A stretch of DNA of 42,665 nt, from IMG/VR virus record IMGVR_UViG_3300025368_000003, positions 1 through 42,665 of that record, one strand, 5' to 3'. The notes beneath the pieces are model-generated. The model searched no databases. It saw only the letters and a list, made by a program, of their open reading frames with translations, and was not told where the DNA came from. Below, piece after piece: positions 1-7,300 of the stretch (position 1 is the first letter of the stretch; each line of letters begins with the position of its first letter). Made by a program: the position numbers and the translations under genes. This stretch comes from a virus (Duplodnaviria > Caudoviricetes).

Positions 1-99
1 AGAGTTGGAACCGGATTGGGAGATTAGCTTTGATGCTAGGCCGGATGACAAGGGATTCTTCCTTGCTGATTCGTTTAATTGGAGTGATGCGGAGATTAA
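1..99. repeat. Terminal direct repeat, copy 1 (circular assembly overlap)
   Basis: 1-99 is identical to 42567-42665; the ORF starting at 42046 reads in frame across the junction. Confidence 0.95.
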
Positions 100-268
100 T
101 GCGTATTGCTTGAAGTTTTGCCGGGAGCTGTATTCTTTGGCTAACGCAGATGAATGCGTTGCTGACTCATCAACTAATGTGTATGGAATATTATTATACA
201 TGAGGGATGATCATCATTCCAAGCTAACGAGTCTAACTAACAACTTTGAGGGATTGGTTTATTTCTAA
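1..268 (+). CDS. C-terminal part of origin-spanning FUT8/NodZ-like (GT23-type) fucosyltransferase
   Basis: Continues the 42046 ORF; ELYSLANADECVADSSTNV resembles fucosyltransferase motif III (FUT8 DIHFLSQADFLVCTFSSQV). Confidence 0.75.
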   Translation, partial: ELEPDWEISFDARPDDKGFFLADSFNWSDAEINAYCLKFCRELYSLANADECVADSSTNVYGILLYMRDDHHSKLTSLTNNFEGLVYF

Positions 269-309
269 AAGGCGTTGCTTGGCGTTTATTAGATGGGATA
301 CAAGAGGGC

Positions 310-549
310 ATGAGGAGCAAGCCCATTCCCAAAGACTCGCCTGAGTATCAGGAGATAGATGAGGCTTTAAATAAAGTGAGGGCGCTTCTAGGAGAGCATT
401 TTGAAGCCTTTGTGTTTATGTGCAGCAGGGAAATTGACCTTGGCACTTCCTTCCACACTTTTGAGATGGGGAACAAATTCACGATCAAGGGAATGGTGGA
501 AACATTTTTAGAGAGGCACGAAGAGCAGGACGAAGAGGATGCTTATTAA
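310..549 (+). CDS. Hypothetical protein, 79 aa, acidic tail
   Basis: ATG ORF filling the gap; no motif recognised. Confidence 0.7.
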   Translation: MRSKPIPKDSPEYQEIDEALNKVRALLGEHFEAFVFMCSREIDLGTSFHTFEMGNKFTIKGMVETFLERHEEQDEEDAY

Positions 550-554
550 ATCCA

Positions 555-583
555 TTGACTTTATTTACTCAGGTAAGTAACAA
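555..583 (+). promoter_or_regulatory. Possible sigma70-type promoter for the virion gene block
   Basis: TTGACT at 555-560 with a weak -10; similar intergenic TTGAC elements at 13205, 15924 and 17599. Confidence 0.35.
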
Positions 584-592
584 GTAAAGTTT

Positions 593-1537
593 ATGGCTTC
601 CCTCACCTATGCCCAGGCTCAATCGCTTTTAGCTCCGTTTATTACGAGCCAAGGAAGTAGCGATCCTGCTGTTGGGAGTGCAATTAACTTTGTTAATGAG
701 AGGTTCATCACCGGGGGGCAGTGGAGAGGAAATCGATTCATCTACACCTTCAATGGGCAAATCACGCTCAATAGCGTTGCTCTCACTCATTCTGGAACAA
801 CCATTATCGGAACTTATGCCAATCATGGATTGTCAGTGGGGACTCTGATTACGATCAATTCAGTGACTCCATCGTCTCAAACGGCCTATACTGGAACTTT
901 CCAGCTCACGGCAGTTACCACTAACACTTTCACTTTCACTTCCATCTACACCCCAACTGCAAACGCAACTGCCACGGTTGTTGCCAGTGCCTTCACTTCT
1001 GACTCCAATGGAACTTATATTGACACTCCTGTTGGCGTTGACGCTATACTTCGTATTATCGCTGTAGACACTTATCAGTCTGGAGAGATTGGAACAATCA
1101 TGAATGATTGGTTCACTTTTGAAGAGGCTGGGCTTGGTTATCTTCAGCAGCAGTATTCTGGAGACTTCCAGCTTGTGCGGCAGGGGCCATCTCCTGCTTC
1201 TGCTTTGCCGTCAGGAACGACTAGCGATAGTCAGAGATATAGGCTTATTGGAGCATATCCTGAGATCCGCACCATGTATTGTTTGGTGAAGAGGGCTTAT
1301 GTTCCGCTAGTGAATCCTACGGACTTGCTAATCCCCTCCAACATCAATGCGTATCGATATGGAGTCCAGGCTTACAACTACGAGAATATTAACGAGCTAG
1401 AGAGGGCGCAAGTTTATTGGGAGCTTGCCTATAAGTGTCTTAATGATGCTCTTGAAGCTTATGAGCAGGGAGTGCAGGATAGTGTGGAGATTCAATGGAA
1501 TGCATTCCGTCCTAGCTTGGTTCAAAACTTGATTTAA
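593..1537 (+). CDS. Putative head-tail adaptor / tail tubular protein with inserted beta-rich domain
   Basis: Helical N- and C-termini around a beta core as in podovirus adaptors; insert HGLSVGTLITINSV...TFQLTAVTTNTFTF; first gene of the virion block. Confidence 0.55.
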   Translation: MASLTYAQAQSLLAPFITSQGSSDPAVGSAINFVNERFITGGQWRGNRFIYTFNGQITLNSVALTHSGTTIIGTYANHGLSVGTLITINSVTPSSQTAYTGTFQLTAVTTNTFTFTSIYTPTANATATVVASAFTSDSNGTYIDTPVGVDAILRIIAVDTYQSGEIGTIMNDWFTFEEAGLGYLQQQYSGDFQLVRQGPSPASALPSGTTSDSQRYRLIGAYPEIRTMYCLVKRAYVPLVNPTDLLIPSNINAYRYGVQAYNYENINELERAQVYWELAYKCLNDALEAYEQGVQDSVEIQWNAFRPSLVQNLI

Positions 1538-1538
1538 T

Positions 1539-2531
1539 ATGGCCCTTAAAGAAGAAAGAAGTATTAATGTTTTCGGGCCGGCTTTTGGAATAGCAGGACT
1601 TACAGGAAAAGCAATAGGTGGAATGTTTTCACAATTTTTTGCTCCTCAAGAAGCACCTATTTTAAGTCAAACTGGAAATAAAGATATTGATGCCTATCAC
1701 AGAAAGGCATTACTAGAAGCCAAAAAAGAAGCTGAATCTAAATTTCCAGACGATCCAGAAAAAAGAAAAGCATTTATTGCCAAGTATTTAGAGGGAAATT
1801 TTAAAGGAGATAAAGAATTTCGAGGAGTTGATTTCTCCAAACTTCCAGAGTGGGTTGCTATAGTGGGGGCTAAAGGCCCAGAAGATTACAGGCCGTCCGC
1901 ACCAGAAATGAAAGAAGTTACTGAAGTGGAAGCTCCTGCAAGTGAGCCAGTGATAGAACCATCCCCTGGAATGAGTGGAGTGAGTCCAGAGGAAGTAATG
2001 CCAGATCCTTTTGCGTTTGCTAATCTTAATAAGATTCCTGTTTCCACGCCATCTCAAGCTCCGGCTACCACAAAACCAGAGCCAATCATAGCTCCGCCCC
2101 CTAAATCAACGCCAGCTCCTTCTGCTTACGCCCCTGCTTATATGGCAACAGCTCCTGCGGAGCCAGCAAAAGAAAGCACTCATCCTTGGTTAGAAGGTGT
2201 TAATAAATCTCCAGCCCCTCAAGCGGCAGTGGCAAAACCAATTCAGCAAGCTTATAGCAAGCCTGTAAAGCAATTTAGTTCTGCTCAAGAGGCATTTAAA
2301 GCGGCTCCTTATGCAAAGGAAGTGAGTAAAGTGGAAGGGATGGGTTATGTTCCAAAGGCCATTCCTCTTTCAGTTGGAGAGGAAGTCGCTGAAAACACCA
2401 GAAAGATTAAAGCTGATATTGCTAAAAAAGGGTTAGGAAGCGAGTCTGATGTGGAAGAAGGAGACATGGCAAAGCCAGTTAGGGTGACTAATCCCTATGC
2501 CACATCTCAATACAAATTCAATAATCCCTAA
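1539..2531 (+). CDS. Pro/Ala-rich putative internal virion protein
   Basis: 330 aa low-complexity ORF between the adaptor and the giant protein. Confidence 0.5.
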   Translation: MALKEERSINVFGPAFGIAGLTGKAIGGMFSQFFAPQEAPILSQTGNKDIDAYHRKALLEAKKEAESKFPDDPEKRKAFIAKYLEGNFKGDKEFRGVDFSKLPEWVAIVGAKGPEDYRPSAPEMKEVTEVEAPASEPVIEPSPGMSGVSPEEVMPDPFAFANLNKIPVSTPSQAPATTKPEPIIAPPPKSTPAPSAYAPAYMATAPAEPAKESTHPWLEGVNKSPAPQAAVAKPIQQAYSKPVKQFSSAQEAFKAAPYAKEVSKVEGMGYVPKAIPLSVGEEVAENTRKIKADIAKKGLGSESDVEEGDMAKPVRVTNPYATSQYKFNNP

Positions 2532-2536
2532 ATTAT

Positions 2537-3046
2537 ATGGGAAGTAATACAGACACAGGATTCAACAACATGGAAGGTTATTGGTTAGCCCAACGTGGCG
2601 GCGTTTCTGCTGAAACTTTTTCACTTGAAGAAAAAGCAAAGAAAATTACAGAGGCTGAAGAAGAAGACAGAAGAAAGGCGTTGGCTAAACTTATTATTGA
2701 GCCAACGCTAGGCGGTCGCGGCAAAATTCAGCCAGCAGTAAAGCCAATGTCCACTCTTACTATTGGAGAAAAATCTGCACTTCAACCATTGTTTGAGGAA
2801 AAAGCCAGAGTTGAAGCAGGAGAACAATCTTCTTTTGGTGGTGGATACTCAGGAGGAACAATAAGTAGACAACGCCACACTACTGTTCAACCAAATGAAT
2901 CTCCCTTTGCTGGAGCCTTTGCAGGACAACAAAAACCAGAAGCCACTCAAGCTCCATCCCCTCAATTAAATACGATGAGTCCATTCATGCAGAGCCTTAT
3001 GCAGAATCACCCGCCAGAACAACAACCAATAGGGGGAGGGCAATAA
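2537..3046 (+). CDS. Putative internal virion protein
   Basis: 169 aa Gln/Gly/Pro-rich ORF, tightly packed in the operon. Confidence 0.5.
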   Translation: MGSNTDTGFNNMEGYWLAQRGGVSAETFSLEEKAKKITEAEEEDRRKALAKLIIEPTLGGRGKIQPAVKPMSTLTIGEKSALQPLFEEKARVEAGEQSSFGGGYSGGTISRQRHTTVQPNESPFAGAFAGQQKPEATQAPSPQLNTMSPFMQSLMQNHPPEQQPIGGGQ

Positions 3047-3047
3047 T

Positions 3048-4364
3048 ATGGCTACCATTCAAGAAACTTACTCTCAACCTATGGATGCCACTCAAGTTTT
3101 GGGCAATCCAGACGCACAGAACACGGCACAAAGAGGTAAGAATATTGCTGATGGGCTAATGGACGATTACAAGGATGCTTCCAATCCAGACTCCAATAAA
3201 ATCCCTAGCTCAAAAGAACTGGATTTTGTTACCAAGGATTTACCAGCATCTAGCGGGATGCAAACAACTGCCAGTGCCTATGGAAGAACTCCCACTGGTT
3301 CACCCGGAAAGGAACTATCTGGAATCAGCCCAGACACTTTAGCTAAACAACGCAGAGACCAAGACGTTTATCAAGCGTCTCAATATTTGGCAAAAAAATA
3401 TAATCTTTCTTCTGCTGATGCTAAACAAATGGCTCTTGATGAGTATGACAATTTTCAGTTGTCAGCTCGTCAAAAAGTTGATCAAGTTAAACATAACCTT
3501 ACTCAACAAAAGGAAACCCTTGCCGCCGCTAACACGGCATCTCAATTAAGAGAAGCCGGCTCTCAGATGCTTGATCCTGAGAATATGCTAACCTTTGGAA
3601 ATAACATTACGGAATTCACGGCTAGAAATGCTCATGCACTTGGAAATGAAGCAGTAAAGAAAGAGCTTTCTCCCTGGCTTGAATCTGTCAGCAAGCGCCA
3701 CAAAGACGTTGAGCAATCCATTAATTCTTCTCTTGCCGCCATGGGAGGAAAGAAATATGGAATTACTCATTACACTGCCGATATGATTGATCCTGCCACT
3801 GGCAGATTTGATTATGATCGAGCAAAGCAAGTAATTGATTCTGCTAGGTCTGATTACGAACAACGTGAAATTGCATTAGCTGGACAGAAAGCTGAAATGG
3901 GAGTGGAGTCAGCAACTAAAAAGATGGAAGCCGCCGCTAGGATTAAAGCCGAAAGCCCGGCAGAGATCCGCGCAACTAAAATGGCAAATTTAAAAGCTCA
4001 AGCTGGATTACTTGCGGCTAAAAAAGACATATTAAATGAATTCGGAGGAGGGATCTTTGATAGGCCTTCCTTTATGGCAGATGCAACCGGAAATAAGGTT
4101 GAACCAAATAAAGCAACTCACGTTGTCTGGAAGACAAAAGATAAAAAGAATCCAGTGATTATTAAGTCGATTGAGGACTATCAAAATGCTCGTGAGCGCC
4201 TTCAAAATATTAACGAAAACCTTTCTGCTATTTCTGAAGACACGGGATCATCACAACAAGGTAAGATTTTAGATGAAGACACAGCAGCTTCAATTTTTGA
4301 GGAAGCTGGCGGAGATTCCCAGAAAGCTCGTGACCTTGCAAGACAGAGAGGCTATACCTTCTAG
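3048..4364 (+). CDS. Putative ejection / internal virion protein
   Basis: 438 aa helical Ala/Gln-rich ORF; C-terminal LDEDTAASIFEEAGGDSQKARDLARQRGY; directly before the giant gene. Confidence 0.6.
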   Translation: MATIQETYSQPMDATQVLGNPDAQNTAQRGKNIADGLMDDYKDASNPDSNKIPSSKELDFVTKDLPASSGMQTTASAYGRTPTGSPGKELSGISPDTLAKQRRDQDVYQASQYLAKKYNLSSADAKQMALDEYDNFQLSARQKVDQVKHNLTQQKETLAAANTASQLREAGSQMLDPENMLTFGNNITEFTARNAHALGNEAVKKELSPWLESVSKRHKDVEQSINSSLAAMGGKKYGITHYTADMIDPATGRFDYDRAKQVIDSARSDYEQREIALAGQKAEMGVESATKKMEAAARIKAESPAEIRATKMANLKAQAGLLAAKKDILNEFGGGIFDRPSFMADATGNKVEPNKATHVVWKTKDKKNPVIIKSIEDYQNARERLQNINENLSAISEDTGSSQQGKILDEDTAASIFEEAGGDSQKARDLARQRGYTF

Positions 4365-4370
4365 CCTGTT

Positions 4371-7300
4371 ATGGCTGACATCTTTGACAAGCTTACCACA
4401 CAAAAACAAGATGCTCCGCAAAGAGACATTTTTGATTCTATTTTAGCTAACAAACAAGGAGGTGACAACAACAGTGAAAAAGACATCAATCAGTCAGAAG
4501 CCAACTCGAATCGCAATGAGGGACGAAAAGGCAACGAACAAGTCCAATCTTCCGATGAAGGAGGGGTACAAGCCAGCGAACAACGCATTCAAACATACGC
4601 CCAACAGCGTATGCGGCAGAACGGTTCCAGTGGCAATGCAAGCCAACAAAATGAAGCTCTGCTAAGTAAGGGCGACATATTTGATCAACTGGCATCAAAA
4701 GGAGGTGGAAAGATTGAAAAAGGCAAGCAAATCAATGTCCAAGCCAAAGATGGAGGCAAAGGGCAAAAAGATGGGCAAGGGCTACGACTCCAAAGCAATG
4801 CGGGGAACGAAGCGGAAATAACTGATGAGAAGGGTGGGGTTCAATCCCCCACTCAAAACTATCTTCAGAGATTGGTTTCATCTGCAAAAGAGAATCCTTC
4901 TGAAGCTCTAACGGCGGCAGGAGCCAGTGCCGCAGAATCCGGGGTTGCCCTGGGAGTGGGATCAGTTGCAGGAAAAGCAGCAGGATCACTTGCTGGAAGG
5001 TTGTTAGGAAGCGTTGCGGCGGCGGCGGCAGTTCCATTGGTAGTAGGAGAAACCGCAGCCACAGGAGGTTTAGGAGCGTTGGCAGTGCCAGCTATTGAGA
5101 TGGGGGCATTTGCCGCAGGGTCTTATCTTGGTGATAAGGCCACTCAGCTTATTGAGAAAATGATTGGCGCTGACAAGGCCATTGAACAAGCCAAGGAAGA
5201 CAATCCAGAACTTGCACAAGTTGCATCACTTGCAACAATGGCTCCAATGGCAGTTGGTTCACTTACCAACCTTGCCAAGATGGGAGCAAAAGAAGCCGGC
5301 AAGCAGATTATTGGAGGAGCTATTGGCGGGGCGGCATTTGAGCCAGTGAGGTATGGAGTGGAGTCTGCATTAAAGGCAGTCACCGGATCTGATCAAGATG
5401 TGAGTCCCATCACGTTGGGAAGTGAAGCGGAATCAGCTTTATTTGGTGCAGTGTTGTCAGCACATGGAGCTAGGGAGATAGAGAAAACAATTGGCCCTGC
5501 AACAGCTAGGGCGGCAGTAGAAACAGAAACCAATCCAGCTATTGAGGAGAAGCAAAAGGCAAGACAAGCCGAAATTGAATCCAGTGTAGCGGAACTAACC
5601 AAAGGAACAGAGTATGCCACTAAAACAGGGGAAGAGCAAAAAGGCGGTGTCAGCGAATATCCGTACGGAAATGAAGCATGGAAAGCCACAGAAACAGGCT
5701 ATAGCCATAGCCTTGAGCCAAGCGAGGAAGGCCAAGAAGAAGTAAAAGGAAATCGCATTTATGCGGCGGCTTATCGTGATCCCGAAACTGGCATTGTTCA
5801 CATAGGTGAAGATCACGAGACAGCCGAAACGAAAGCTGGCAAAGAGCCAGAAACAGATCCCAGCAAACGCAACACTCCCAATCATGGGTTCGTTACTGAA
5901 CTGGGAGAGTTTATTTCTAGGGAAGATGCCGAAAGAATTGCTAGGGCAAACGACCAATACAAAGGAAATATTTCTGGTCAGCCTGTCATGCACAGTACAG
6001 ATACTGCCCTTGACATTGAGAAAGAGAAAGCGGCAGAACCAGCACCAGCAGAAGAAGAAGCCCCTAAACCTCGTCAGTTGGGAGGAGCTGCGGCAGTAGG
6101 AGAGTTTGAAAAGAACAATGTGGTGGAAGCCACAAGGCTGTTAAGAGATTCGCCCACTTCCTTTGACCGGAACAACCCGGCAGACTTTGAAAAATTTAAG
6201 AAGGAATACACTGCTAACTTTGATGAAGGCACATTTGAAGGAGAGCAGGGAGAAGCCACATTAAAACAGATTTACGACAAGGCTCACGATGCCTTTGAGA
6301 TCCATGATAAGTCCAAGGGAACTATTCCCATTGAGAAGGCAGTGGATCAAGTGGGAGTGCAGGAGAAGCCAGCCGGCGTTATTGCCACTAAAAACGCTCA
6401 GATCAATGAGCAAAGAGCAAAGAATGGACTCCCTCCTGTGTTGCCTGGGCGAGAGATTACCAATCAAGCATCATGGAATGAAGCGGCTAGGAGGATGCAA
6501 GAAGACCCTCAATATGCTTCATCACTTGTTACCAAATTAAAAGAGAAGCCTTCCGCAGTGAGTGCGGAGGATGAGCTTGTAGTAGCCCAGCACCTTGGAG
6601 AGCTTCAGCACGAACAAGATCAACTCCTTGAGCGTCATAACAAGGAAACTGATCCTGATCTTAAACGGAACTTGAGAGATCAGCTTGATGATAATTTAAA
6701 GAAGATTGATGATGCTAGTCAGGTGTATAGGCACGTTGGAACGGAAGCCAGTGGAGCCTTGAGAGTGAGGCGTATCTTGGCGGCTGCTGATTTTTCCCTT
6801 CCTCGATTGCTTGCCAGAAGGCAAAAGGCAGAGGGACGAGAGCTTACTGACAGAGAGCGCCGGGAAGAAGCTGACAAGGCAGAGAAATATAAAGATCAAC
6901 AAAGAAAGGTTGATGAGGCTGCTATCAAGGCTAAAGAAGCAAATCAGAATGGGGATATTGATTCATTTATTGATCAAGCCACATCAGAGGCCAAAACTGA
7001 AAAGGCAAAGGCAAAAATCACTCCAGAAAAAAAGCCATTTGAGCCTGTAAAGATTAACATTGCTCCAGAAGAAGCACCGGCAGTTCCAATGGAACCGGCA
7101 ATAGCCAAGATTGTTGAGAAAATTAAAACAATCCTTAACGATCAGGCGAATTCTGCAAGAGAGCGAATTAGACAGCGTCGAAGGGAAGGACGCTTGATGA
7201 CGGGACTTGATCCTACAGATTTGGCAGATCACGCAATCATTGGTGCAGATTACATCATCAAGGGGTTCAGTGAGATTGCTTCATGGGGAGCAAAAATGAT

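Noticed and set aside
4812-4885. Hammerhead ribozyme (CTGATGAG followed by a hairpin)
   Set aside because: The required GAAA after stem II reads AAAA (catalytic G12 absent) and stem I does not pair next to the core.
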